Shown here piece by piece: positions 49,766-58,826 of a stretch of 64,000 bases of DNA. The notes under the pieces were generated by a model. That model did no database searches. It worked only from the letters and a program-made list of their open reading frames with translations, and had not been told where the DNA came from. How positions within the stretch are numbered: position 1 is the stretch's first letter; each line of letters begins with the position of its first letter. The stretch lies in sequence record ON529851.1; one strand, written 5' to 3'. A program made the position numbers and the translations under genes.

Positions 49766-49993
49766 TTAGGCCGCCGCCGCCATTTCCTCCGCGACCGCCG
49801 CCGAGATGCGGGCGAAGTCGGCGGCGGTGGTGTTGGCTTCGAGGTCCGCCATGGAGCGGATTTGACGGCCCGCCATGTTGGCTTTGCGGAAAGCCGCGTT
49901 CAGGACGTAGTGGAAACGGGTGGCGAGTTCACCGGCTTGTTGCGAGGCCAGCATGGTGGCGAGAACTTCGTAGTGCGATTGAACCGTTTTCAT
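49766..49993 (-). CDS. Hypothetical protein (75 aa)
   Basis: Downstream of the CtrA-box promoter at 50058. Confidence 0.7.
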   Translation of the reverse strand: MKTVQSHYEVLATMLASQQAGELATRFHYVLNAAFRKANMAGRQIRSMADLEANTTAADFARISAAVAEEMAAAA

Positions 49994-50195
49994 TTTCGTC
50001 AGTCCCTGTGCGGGGGGCCAATCCCTCCGTCCATGTGAAGAGAATACGGGGAAAGTCTTAACAAGAAGTTAACACGCACAACAAAACGCACGCCGCGCGA
50101 AGAAAAACGCACGCCGCCGGAAAGGCCGTTTTTAGCCCCATACAGGGCAGGGGAGGGCTCGCCGCTGTCAGGTGACAGGCGAGCCCCTGAAGCCC

Positions 50196-50441
50196 CTAGC
50201 TGGCCGCTCCCTCGGCCTCGCAACGCAGGTCGTCGGAGGCTTGCGCCGCGTTCAGGCAATCTTGCGCGCTCATGCCGTAGTCATCGACGTAGGCGTGAAC
50301 CTCGCCGCCCTCGACCACGTATTGAACGAGGGCGTAGGATTCGGCGGGGGGCGTCGGCAGGGTGAAGCCGTGGCCGTTAAAGGCGACAAGGCCAAGGGCG
50401 GCGACGGCGAAGAGGGCGGCGGGCAGGATCAGGCGGGGCAT
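50196..50441 (-). CDS. Secreted or membrane hypothetical protein (81 aa)
   Basis: Signal-like N terminus; SD AAGGA. Confidence 0.65.
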   Translation of the reverse strand: MPRLILPAALFAVAALGLVAFNGHGFTLPTPPAESYALVQYVVEGGEVHAYVDDYGMSAQDCLNAAQASDDLRCEAEGAAS

Positions 50442-50465
50442 GGGCGGGGTTCCTTTGGGCAGGGG

Positions 50466-50624
50466 TCAGGCGCGAAGGTCTAGGGCGGCGGCGTCCGCCT
50501 TCGCCAGCGCGTCGGCCTTGGCGTAGGCGACGGCGGCGAGGGTCAGCGTATCCAGCCGGGCGGCGATCTGGCGGCGGGCGGCGCGGCGCTGGCGGCGTTC
50601 TTGGGGGGTCAGGTCGCGGAGCAT
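50466..50624 (-). CDS. Hypothetical protein (52 aa)
   Basis: ORF in the cassette operon. Confidence 0.55.
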   Translation of the reverse strand: MLRDLTPQERRQRRAARRQIAARLDTLTLAAVAYAKADALAKADAAALDLRA

Positions 50625-50680
50625 GGGGGAAGCCTTGGCAGGAGGGCGGGGGAGGCGGGCTTGCGCCCGCCCCCTTGGGC

Positions 50681-50845
50681 TTAGGCCAGAAGGGCGGCGA
50701 TGCGGGCGGCGGCGCCTTGCGGGCGGGCTTGCTCGCCGGTCCACTCGGCGCGGACGTGCGCGGGGGCGGGGGCGGCGGCTTCCATGGCGGGCTTGCGCTG
50801 GCCGAAGGTGGCGGTGCGGGTCAGGGGCGAGGCGTTCTTGAACAT
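50681..50845 (-). CDS. Hypothetical protein (54 aa, MFKNASP...)
   Basis: SD GGAGA after the CtrA promoter at 50888. Confidence 0.65.
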   Translation of the reverse strand: MFKNASPLTRTATFGQRKPAMEAAAPAPAHVRAEWTGEQARPQGAAARIAALLA

Positions 50846-50971
50846 GGGTCGTTCTCCGTTGTTGAACCCACTATAGGGGCGCAGAACTTAACAGCAAGTT
50901 AAAATCGACAAGCCCCTGAATCTTTTTTGAGGGCAGGGCAGGGGAGGCTTTCGGCCTCCCCTTGGGGCGGG

Positions 50972-51109
50972 TCAGCCGCGCGCGCCGCGCAGCCAGCCGT
51001 CCGCCCATTGCGCGGCGTCCGCCGAGTCGAGGGGATGGGGGCAGACGTCGAAGGGCTGGCCCGATTCGTAAGCATCACGGCCAGCCTTGTAAGCGGAGGT
51101 CAGGGGCAT
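50972..51109 (-). CDS. Rmf/CrpP-like small protein (45 aa)
   Basis: AYKAGRDAY..G.....CP.......QW.DGW pattern. Confidence 0.5.
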   Translation of the reverse strand: MPLTSAYKAGRDAYESGQPFDVCPHPLDSADAAQWADGWLRGARG

Positions 51110-51375
51110 GAGAGGCGTTCCCGTCGGCGCTTTCTTGGGGCCAATCCCCTAGCGGCGACATAGGCAGATTAGCCGTCCAACCGTTAACAAGAAGTTAACG
51201 CCGAGAAAGTTTTTCCGGGCAGGATGGTTAACGGATTCGCCTCCGGCGTTAACCATAGGGCCAGGCGCGGCGCTGGCGCGAGGGCGGGTTAACCTTAACG
51301 GAATCGGGGGCCGCGTTAAGGTTAACGGCGGCGTATGGGCCTAGCCCCGCCCGGCGCGCCGGGCGGGGTCTGGCG

Positions 51376-51654
51376 TCAGGCGACCTGACGAATCAGCCGC
51401 CGTTCCCGGAACAGCCGATAGGTGAAGAAGGCCCGGCCCATTTCCGATTCGGTGTCGCCCGCGAAGTGGTCGGCGAACGCCAGCGGCATCGACGCATAGT
51501 CGGCGCCGTCGTCGCCCGTCCGGGCGATCAGCGAGCCTTCCGCGTCGCAGATGTAGAGGTCGAAGTCGCGACCGTCGTTCGGCGCGACCGCCGCGACCAA
51601 ACGGCAGGCGGCGCAGTCGTGAGCGAAGCGGGCGGTTTTGAAGAAAGAGGCCAT
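51376..51654 (-). CDS. Hypothetical protein (92 aa)
   Basis: SD GGGA; CtrA promoter at 51707. Confidence 0.7.
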   Translation of the reverse strand: MASFFKTARFAHDCAACRLVAAVAPNDGRDFDLYICDAEGSLIARTGDDGADYASMPLAFADHFAGDTESEMGRAFFTYRLFRERRLIRQVA

Positions 51655-51771
51655 GGCGTTTCCCTTGGGGTTGCCGTTGAATGTCACCCTTTATCCCACC
51701 CAACCCTTAACAAGAAGTTAACGGCGGAAAAGAAAATCGCCCGCCCGGCGAACCGGGCGGGCGGGGTCGTC

Positions 51772-52683
51772 TTAGGCGGCGAGGGCGACGTCTAGGGCCT
51801 CGCCAGCGGGCTCCGCCTCGCCCGCGTCGGCCTTGGCGTTTAGAATGAACTCGGCGGCGGCTTGGGCCTTCGAGCACGCCTGAATGAAGGCCTTGGGGTT
51901 GGAGCGGATGCGCTTGGCCCATGCGCCGATATAGGCGGCGTGGTCGTCGCGCTCGACGCTGGCGAAGCCTTGCGAGGCGCAGACAAACGCCGCCGTCAGT
52001 TCCGCGACCAATTCCTCAAAGGCGTAAGCGTCGTCGCCGAACTCGCGCCCAAAGACGCGATTCAGGCGGTGCGCCGCGCCGGTCCAATGGCCGATCTCAT
52101 GGAAGGCCGTGGAATAAAAACCGTCAACCGAAACGAAGTCGGCGAAGGCCGGAAGCTGGATGCGATCGACGCTCGGCGCGTAAAAGGCTTTCGTGCCGCC
52201 GTAACGGATTTCGGCCCCGGTGGCGGTCATGAGGGCGTCAGCGGCGGCGATGCGCTCCAGTTCCGGGCGCGCGGCGGCGGGCTCCGCTTGGGGCAGTTCG
52301 ATTCCGTCGCACTGGGCGATGTTGAACACGGTGTAAGCCTTGGCGAAGAAAGACGCCTTTTCCTCGCCCGTCGCCTTGTCTTTGCGATTCGTCCGCGACC
52401 AAAAGAACACTTGCGTTCCCTTCTCGCCCGCCCGGACGGAACCGCCCTTGGCCTTGGCTTGCTTGAACGTCAGCCAGACGGGTTCGGCATAGCCGCGCGC
52501 CTCCTGTTCCATCCAGAGCCAGAACACGTTCGCGCCGCGATAGGCGCGGCCTTCGATGTTGTGCGGCATGGCGATAGCGCCGGGGCGCGCGGTCCAAGGC
52601 TTGGCCCAAGGGCGCACGCCCGATTCCAGCTTGCCCGCGATGGTCGCGGCGATCTTGTCGAAAACGTCGTTTGCTTGGGCCAT
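51772..52683 (-). CDS. ArdC-like ssDNA-binding/antirestriction protein
   Basis: PW.KPW...Y.G.N...W.TFKQA...GG.V..GEKG...Y.VFNIAQ...Y.P..D.I.LP...F...FHE.GHWTG...RL.R...YA.EEL.AEL. Confidence 0.88.
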   Translation of the reverse strand: MAQANDVFDKIAATIAGKLESGVRPWAKPWTARPGAIAMPHNIEGRAYRGANVFWLWMEQEARGYAEPVWLTFKQAKAKGGSVRAGEKGTQVFFWSRTNRKDKATGEEKASFFAKAYTVFNIAQCDGIELPQAEPAAARPELERIAAADALMTATGAEIRYGGTKAFYAPSVDRIQLPAFADFVSVDGFYSTAFHEIGHWTGAAHRLNRVFGREFGDDAYAFEELVAELTAAFVCASQGFASVERDDHAAYIGAWAKRIRSNPKAFIQACSKAQAAAEFILNAKADAGEAEPAGEALDVALAA

Positions 52684-52970
52684 GTCAGGCGCTCCCGTTG
52701 AGGTGATAGGGCCAAACTACCGTCCAACCCTTAACAAGAAGTTAACGCCAGAAATCTTTTCCGGCAAGCCTTATTTTAACTTTTTGTTAAGACTTTCGCC
52801 CTATGGTGTATCTTGGGGAGGGATCGGCTGGGCCGTTAACCATGTTCGTTAGGGCGGCGTTAACCTTAACGGAAACGAAGGCCGCGTTAAGGTTAACGAA
52901 TCGGGCGGCGGCGTTAACCATGGGCCAGGCCCGCCGAAGGGCGGGCGGGGCCGCAGCCCCGCCGCGCCGG

Positions 52971-53333
52971 TCAGAACGGCTTGACGATTCGATAGGCGTC
53001 GTTCGCCCGCGCTTGGGCGCCGCCGTAGTCGCAAGCGAGGAAGTTTTCCGCCGCGCGGGCTTGCAGCATGAGCGACTCTTGCAGGGGCGTCGCCGGGGCG
53101 TTGTCCGGGCGCGCCTCGATCAGCTTGGCGATCACCACGCGAACCATGCCGGTCGCGTCGTTGCGGGTCAGTTGGCGCGTGTCGCGCATCCACTGAATCG
53201 CCTTTTCGTGAACGTCGTGAACCATGGTCAGGCACTCGCGATCAAAGGCCGATGCGCCGCGCGCGGCGGCGGTGATGTCGCCGAGGGTTTGCAGCATGAA
53301 GCCGATGGTCCGGGTTTTGCGTTCGTTCCGCAT
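52971..53333 (-). CDS. Hypothetical protein (120 aa)
   Basis: SD AAGGA. Confidence 0.7.
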   Translation of the reverse strand: MRNERKTRTIGFMLQTLGDITAAARGASAFDRECLTMVHDVHEKAIQWMRDTRQLTRNDATGMVRVVIAKLIEARPDNAPATPLQESLMLQARAAENFLACDYGGAQARANDAYRIVKPF

Positions 53334-53428
53334 CGCGGTGATTCCTTGGCAGGGGCGGCAACAGCGCCGCCCGACTGTTAGAACACGCGGAACGTTCCTT
53401 TACAAGAGCGTTCCGCGTCTTTTTGAGG

Positions 53429-53614
53429 TCAGCGGCGCGCCGGGCGCGACCAGCGGGGTTCGGTTCCGCGCGGCGGCATCGGGGCCGATTCGTCGTCGTC
53501 GTGGTCGCGCCACTTGCGCGAGCGGGAGGCTTCGCGGCTGGCGAATCGGTCCTGCTTGTCGAGCGTGTTGCGGGCGTCGTCGAGGGCGGCGTTACGGCGG
53601 AAGGTGCGGGCCAT
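53429..53614 (-). CDS. Hypothetical protein (61 aa)
   Basis: SD GGAG; CtrA promoter at 53682. Confidence 0.6.
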   Translation of the reverse strand: MARTFRRNAALDDARNTLDKQDRFASREASRSRKWRDHDDDESAPMPPRGTEPRWSRPARR

Positions 53615-53928
53615 GTCTGGACTCCAAGGGTTCGGGCGGCGGCCAGTCCGTCGCCCTGTTGACACCCTAGAGGCCAAGGTCTTAACAAAACGTTAAGAGC
53701 GGGGCCAGTCGAAAATCTTTCTGCTGTTAATCTTTTGTTAAGACTTTTGCCCTATGGTGTATCTTAGGGAGGGATCGGCTAGGCCGTTAACCATGTTCGT
53801 TAGGGCCGCGTTAACCTTAACAAAATCTTAAGCCCGTTAACCTGAATCGTTAAGGTTAACGGATTCGCCCGCCGCGTTAACCATGATTCCCCCGGCACAA
53901 AGAGAGGGGGCTGTCAAGCCCCCTCGCC

Positions 53929-54171
53929 TTAATCGTGGCGGAAGATCGTGCGGGGCTTCGCGGCCAGCCGCATCGCGTGGCGGCGCTCGATTCGCTTGCC
54001 CTGATAGAAATAGGTGCAGCGACCGAAACGGCCCTTCGGGCCGCGATGGATTCGCGTGACCAGTTCGCCGCCGTTCACTTGCGCGACCAGAACGGTCAGG
54101 CGGGCGGTGCGGGCCTCGACCAGCGAGGCGGTCAGGGCGTTGCGGGCGTTCAGGGCGCGGGCGGTTTGCAT
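53929..54171 (-). CDS. Hypothetical basic protein (80 aa)
   Basis: SD GGAG; CtrA promoter at 54228. Confidence 0.65.
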   Translation of the reverse strand: MQTARALNARNALTASLVEARTARLTVLVAQVNGGELVTRIHRGPKGRFGRCTYFYQGKRIERRHAMRLAAKPRTIFRHD

Positions 54172-54443
54172 CGGGCGTCTCCGTGAGGGCCAATCCCTCT
54201 TGACCTGACCAATATGGGGGCAAGAAGTTAACAAGAGGTTAACACCAGAAAAAAGTTTGGTGAAAACGACTCGCAAGTTTTCGGCCCTCGACGCCGGGCG
54301 CGGAGGGGTGCGGGCGGGCCGGGGCGGCGGGCCTCGACCGGGCGGGGCGGTCCAGCCCGCCGAGGGGCGCGGCGCGAGCCGGGGGTCAGGATCGACCGGG
54401 CGGCCAGCCCTGCCGGGCGCGGGCCGCGCGGGCGGCAGGGTCT

Positions 54444-54559
54444 CCCGTGGGCGGAAACGGCCCGACGTCAAGTTCGCCCGTGTAGGCGGAAACGGCCCGA
54501 CGTCAAGTTCGCCCGTGTAGGCGGAAACGGCCCGACGTCAAGGTCGCCCGTGGGCGGAA
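54444..54559. repeat. 35-bp tandem repeat, about 3.3 copies
   Basis: Unit GCGGAAACGGCCCGACGTCAAGTTCGCCCGTGTAG. Confidence 0.9.
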
Positions 54560-54643
54560 GTGAAGCCGCGTCAAGTCAAATCCGCGAGCGAAAGCGAAGC
54601 GGCGTCAGGTCAAGCCCGAAGGCGAAAGCGACGCCGCGTCAGG

Positions 54644-55123
54644 TCAGGCGGTCAGCGTCCGCCGATTGACCGAATCGGCGTAGGCCCAGGCGCGGTTACG
54701 CTCTTCGGCGCGGGCGTAAGCCTCGGCGGCTTCGGCGGCGCATTGCGCCTCGAACGCCTCGCGCGGAAAGGCCCGCTCGATGCGCTCGCGTTGGGTCTCA
54801 TGCCACGGGCGCGGGTCATGCTTCGGGGCGGGCGCCGGCGGCGCTTTGCCGTCCAAGGTGACGCGCGCGCCTTTAAGGCCGTGCGACCAGCAGCCGCCGG
54901 GGGTCAGGTTGTCCAGCAGGGTCTCCGCGCTCATGCCCTCGGGCGCGGTCAGGGCGAGGCCGGTGCGGCGGTTCAGGACGTGGGCCGGGAACAGGCCCGT
55001 CGCCGGGTCCGGCAGGATCAGGGCGTAGGCGGAGGCGTAGCCGTCGGAGTCGATTGCCCCGTCTTCCAGCAGATAGGCGTTGATGGCGGGGTTGGCCTTG
55101 AGGGCTTTGGCGAGGGTCAACAT
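54644..55123 (-). CDS. Hypothetical protein (159 aa)
   Basis: SD GGAG; CtrA promoter at 55169. Confidence 0.75.
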   Translation of the reverse strand: MLTLAKALKANPAINAYLLEDGAIDSDGYASAYALILPDPATGLFPAHVLNRRTGLALTAPEGMSAETLLDNLTPGGCWSHGLKGARVTLDGKAPPAPAPKHDPRPWHETQRERIERAFPREAFEAQCAAEAAEAYARAEERNRAWAYADSVNRRTLTA

Positions 55124-55260
55124 GACGGGCGTCTCCGGTTTCGATCCTGCTACCCTAGCGGACAGAAGTTAACAAGAGATTAACGCCGTGGTGATTTTTC
55201 AGGCGGGCGGGCGCCGGGCGGGCGTTAACCTTAACGGGCGTTAACGACGCCAGGCGCCGC

Positions 55261-55593
55261 CTAGTGCGCGTGGAAGTCCACGCGCCCGGCGGGCGAGACG
55301 TCGAAGTCCCAGACGTTGAAGCGGGCGGCCTCGGCGGCCTCCGCCGCTTCGGCCTCGCGGGCGGCGGCCCACGCCTCGCCCTCGGCCTTGTAGGCCGCTT
55401 CGGCCTCGGCCAGTTCCGCGCACTCGCGGGCGTAGGCCTCGGGGCAGCCGTAGCCCGTGGGGCGGTCGGGACGCGCGTCGAGCCACGCTTGCGCGGCGGC
55501 GACCGTGACGCCCGCCATACGGGGGCGGTAGCCGTAGTCGTTGCGGTGCAACTCATAATAGGTTTCGAGGATGGATTCGTCGCGGGTCAGCAT
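55261..55593 (-). CDS. Hypothetical protein (110 aa)
   Basis: SD GGAGAG; CtrA promoter at 55649. Confidence 0.75.
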   Translation of the reverse strand: MLTRDESILETYYELHRNDYGYRPRMAGVTVAAAQAWLDARPDRPTGYGCPEAYARECAELAEAEAAYKAEGEAWAAAREAEAAEAAEAARFNVWDFDVSPAGRVDFHAH

Positions 55594-55683
55594 GACAAGT
55601 CTCTCCGGCGGGACAGCCCCGCCACACCCTCACTATAGGGCAGAGGTGTTAACAGGAGGTTAACGGAACGGATAAATCGGTCA

Positions 55684-55790
55684 GGTCCCCGGTCGGAAAA
55701 TGGGGCAGGGTCCCCGGTCGGAAAATGGGGCAGGGTCCCCGGTCGGAAAATGGGGCAGGGTCCCCGGTCGGAAAATGGGGCAGGGTCCCC
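55684..55790. repeat. 25-bp perfect tandem repeat, 4.3 copies
   Basis: Unit GGTCCCCGGTCGGAAAATGGGGCAG. Confidence 0.95.
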
Positions 55791-55816
55791 GTTAACCTTA
55801 ACGGCCGGGCGCCGCG

Positions 55817-55936
55817 CTAGGCTCCGCGTCCCTTGCGGGAGTAGGAGCCTTTGCCCTTGCGGGCCTTGACCACGCGGACCCGGTAAGCCGGGGTGGCGAG
55901 GGCGGCGGCGGCGGGGTTGCGTTTCGGGGCGGCCAT
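55817..55936 (-). CDS. arfA: ArfA-like alternative ribosome-rescue factor (39 aa)
   Basis: NPAAAALATPAYRVRVVKARKGKGSYSRKG aligns with the ArfA core (N...ALL.DPLFRQRV.K.KKGKGSY.RK); SD GGAG; CtrA promoter at 55980. Confidence 0.75.
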   Translation of the reverse strand: MAAPKRNPAAAALATPAYRVRVVKARKGKGSYSRKGRGA

Positions 55937-55990
55937 GGGGTGTCTCCGTGGTTGATGGAAACACCCTAGCCGACAGAGGTTAACAAGAGG

Positions 55991-56437
55991 TTAAGCGGTC
56001 GGATATTTCGCCTGAAGCGCCGCCAGCTTGGCGCGGTCCTCCGCTTCGGCGGCGCGGCGGTCGGCGGCGGCCTTACGGGCGGCGGCGGCGCGCTTGGCGT
56101 CGCGGGCGGCGGTTTCCGGGGCCAGCCACGCCGGGTCCGCGCCGTCCGCGACGGGGGCCAGGTAAGCCAAGGGGAAGGACACCTCGACCCAATCCTGATA
56201 GCCGTAGCTTCCCGAAACGTAGAATTTGGCGTCCACGGTTTCAGGCTTTTCGCCACGCGCCTCGTCCAGTTCCCAGCTTTCGAGATAGCCATAGACGACG
56301 GTGTCGAGTCGTTGATCCTTGGGCTTCACAGGCTCATCCAGCCGGAAGATGTAAATCTCGCGGGCCAAGGGTTCCAGCGCCTCATTCAGGGCGTCGCGCT
56401 CGGCCACAAAGGCCTTCAGACGGTCAGGGGTCAGCAT
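55991..56437 (-). CDS. Hypothetical protein (148 aa)
   Basis: SD GGAG. Confidence 0.72.
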   Translation of the reverse strand: MLTPDRLKAFVAERDALNEALEPLAREIYIFRLDEPVKPKDQRLDTVVYGYLESWELDEARGEKPETVDAKFYVSGSYGYQDWVEVSFPLAYLAPVADGADPAWLAPETAARDAKRAAAARKAAADRRAAEAEDRAKLAALQAKYPTA

Positions 56438-56451
56438 GGCGGTTCTCCGGT

Positions 56452-56925
56452 TCAGGCCGCAGGCGTTTCGGTCAGGGCGGCGCGTAGGGCGTGGGTGACA
56501 GGGCGGAGCGACAGGGGGTAGGTTTTCGAGGCGTCCCAGTGGCGCTGCATCAGGGCTTCGGCCTCGGTCAACGTCTCGGCGGTCCCGCTCTTCAGCTTGA
56601 CCCAGCCGGGGGCGATAGACGACACGTCTTCCAGCACGACATAGGGCGCGGGCAGACGCACAACCTCAAAGCGCAGGGCCGGGTTTTCGGCCACGCCGAA
56701 CGATTTGTCGATCTTGAAATGGGACTCATCGTCCGTGCGGAGGCTGAAGCGGGCCTGATAGGAATCGGCGTCTTTCTTTTCGACGAAAAGGCCCAGCCCG
56801 TTGTGCCGCTTCCACTCGGCCAGCTTCTTGTTGAAGCGGGCGGGCGGCTTGGCGGTCCCGTCCGTGAAACGGATCGTCGCCCCGAAGGGGGCCAGCGCGT
56901 GCAGTTCGGTGGCGGTCAGAAACAT
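56452..56925 (-). CDS. Hypothetical protein (157 aa)
   Basis: SD GGGAGAG; CtrA promoter at 56969. Confidence 0.72.
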   Translation of the reverse strand: MFLTATELHALAPFGATIRFTDGTAKPPARFNKKLAEWKRHNGLGLFVEKKDADSYQARFSLRTDDESHFKIDKSFGVAENPALRFEVVRLPAPYVVLEDVSSIAPGWVKLKSGTAETLTEAEALMQRHWDASKTYPLSLRPVTHALRAALTETPAA

Positions 56926-57063
56926 GGGGCTCTCCCGTAGATGATGCGTCGGTTCTAGCACCGATTCGTTAACAGGAGGTTAACGCGCCGGGCGGGGCGG
57001 CGGGCGTTAACCTTAACGGCAGGCGATCAGGATCAGGCCCGCCGGGGAGGGCGGGCCGTCGCC

Positions 57064-57576
57064 TTAGACGGTGATGGCGTCGCGGGCCTTGGTCAGTTCC
57101 TCGATCAGCACATCGAGGCGGCGCACGGCCTCGGCGCCGCTATCGCAGTCTTCCTTGGCGTCCAGTTCCACCATGACGGCGGTAAAGATGGTGTCGCCCG
57201 CGTCCGTCGCATCGGCCAGGGTCGCCATCCAAGCATAATCCGCCTCGCCGTAGGCGTCGGCGAACTCGCGTTGCCACGGCGACAGGGGCGTGTCTGGCAG
57301 GGTCACGCCCAGCGTGTGCGGCATCAGGGCGGCGGCGACTTTCAACACTTGGAAGTCGCCCGCCATGCCGTCGTCACAGGCGGCTTGCAGTTCCTTGGCG
57401 ATCTGGCCCGCAAGAGCGGCGCCGGTCACTTGGTCACTGGCACGGCCCAGCACGGCCGCGTCGTCGCCGAGGTCGCGGGTCAGCAGCACGATGGCTTGAT
57501 ATTGATGGTCGGGATGGGCGCGGCAGGTTTCCACCACGTCGGCGCGGGGCAGGATGAAAGGGGTCAGGTCGGTCAT
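57064..57576 (-). CDS. Hypothetical protein (170 aa)
   Basis: SD GGGAGAG; CtrA promoter at 57620. Confidence 0.72.
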   Translation of the reverse strand: MTDLTPFILPRADVVETCRAHPDHQYQAIVLLTRDLGDDAAVLGRASDQVTGAALAGQIAKELQAACDDGMAGDFQVLKVAAALMPHTLGVTLPDTPLSPWQREFADAYGEADYAWMATLADATDAGDTIFTAVMVELDAKEDCDSGAEAVRRLDVLIEELTKARDAITV

Positions 57577-57690
57577 GGGGCTCTCCCGTCGATGATGCGT
57601 CGGTTCTAGCACCGATTCGTTAACAAGAGGTTAACGCGCCGGGCGGGGCTGGCGGGCGTTAACCTTAACGGAAGGTGAAGGGTCGGCGCG

Positions 57691-58020
57691 TCAGGGGAGG
57701 CGCGCCGGGTTCAGGGCCAGACTGACGCGGCGGGCCTTGGACGGCTTGCCGGTCAGGATTCGCTTGTCGGTCTTGGCCCCGCAGCAGGTGCAGACGGCGC
57801 GGCCTAGATCGAACCGGACCGAAGCCAGGGGGTCGCAGGTGCCGTTCACGGTCAGCTTGAGCGCGGCGTCTGACAGCTTGGGGTGATGGCCCAGCCTGTC
57901 CCGGCGCCGCTCGGCGTGGGCGCTCATGCCCGCCGCGTTGCGGTTGCCCCGGCGCACCACAGTCCCGGCGACCTTGTAGAGGCCGCCGGAAAAGGTGTTG
58001 TCGGTAACGTAGCGGCGCAT
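57691..58020 (-). CDS. Hypothetical protein (109 aa)
   Basis: TGATG coupling. Confidence 0.65.
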   Translation of the reverse strand: MRRYVTDNTFSGGLYKVAGTVVRRGNRNAAGMSAHAERRRDRLGHHPKLSDAALKLTVNGTCDPLASVRFDLGRAVCTCCGAKTDKRILTGKPSKARRVSLALNPARLP

Positions 58021-58193
58021 CAGGCGTTCACGTTGTAGTGACCGACTTTGTTGCCGTTGAGGTCGCGGACGGACCCTTCGTCGGCGCCGTTCTCGATCTT
58101 TTGGGCGAGGTCACGCAGGATGCGGGCGATTTCGTAAGGCTTGTCGCCCTCGTCAAAGGCGGCGTTGCCGGTGTCGATTTCCAGTTTGAACAT
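58020..58193 (-). CDS. Hypothetical protein (57 aa, MFKLEIDTGNAAF...)
   Basis: SD GGAG; CtrA promoter at 58236. Confidence 0.7.
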   Translation of the reverse strand: MFKLEIDTGNAAFDEGDKPYEIARILRDLAQKIENGADEGSVRDLNGNKVGHYNVNA

Positions 58194-58348
58194 GGTCTGT
58201 CTCCGTTTCGATCCTTAGACCATAGCCGACAGAAGTTAACAAGAGGTTAAGGACTTCGCGGCCTGTTGCGAGGGGTTGGCGTTAACCTTAACGGGGCGGG
58301 GCAAAAGAGGGACGGCGGCCATCCCGGCGCCGTCCAGTTGCAGGCGGA

Positions 58349-58642
58349 TCAGGCCGCGAAGGGCCGATTACGGGTGCGGCGCTCGCCGTAGTCGGTGACG
58401 GCCTCGCGCAGGTCCGAGAAATAATGACCCGACGAATAGCCAGGGCGGGGCTGATTGCGGTAGTCGACTCGCATATGGGTCACGTAGCGATTCGCGTCGT
58501 GATGGTCGGGGCCGAAGTCACGCAGGACGATGGCGCCGGGTTCGGTGGCGGAGTCGCCGCGCAGCTTGAACTCCGCGAGGGTGACGGGGAACTTCGTCGC
58601 CGCTTCAGAGCGGGCCTTGATCTTGTTGAACAGGTCGGACAT
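58349..58642 (-). CDS. Hypothetical protein (97 aa)
   Basis: SD GGAGAG. Confidence 0.7.
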   Translation of the reverse strand: MSDLFNKIKARSEAATKFPVTLAEFKLRGDSATEPGAIVLRDFGPDHHDANRYVTHMRVDYRNQPRPGYSSGHYFSDLREAVTDYGERRTRNRPFAA

Positions 58643-58826
58643 CGGTTTCTCTCCTTCGATGCCCCCAACATCGCACAAAGGTCTTAACGAAACGTTACCA
58701 CGGCGGGGCCAGGGTGGTGAAGGCGCGTTAGGGTTAACAGGGCGGGGCAAAAGAGGGGACGGCGGCCATCCCGGCGCCGTCCAGTTTGCCGCGATCAGCG
58801 TTCGCGGCGACGCGTTCGGTTGCCGC

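Noticed and set aside
54444-55790. Possible CRISPR arrays
   Set aside because: The repeats are head-to-tail with no unique spacers, and no cas genes are present.
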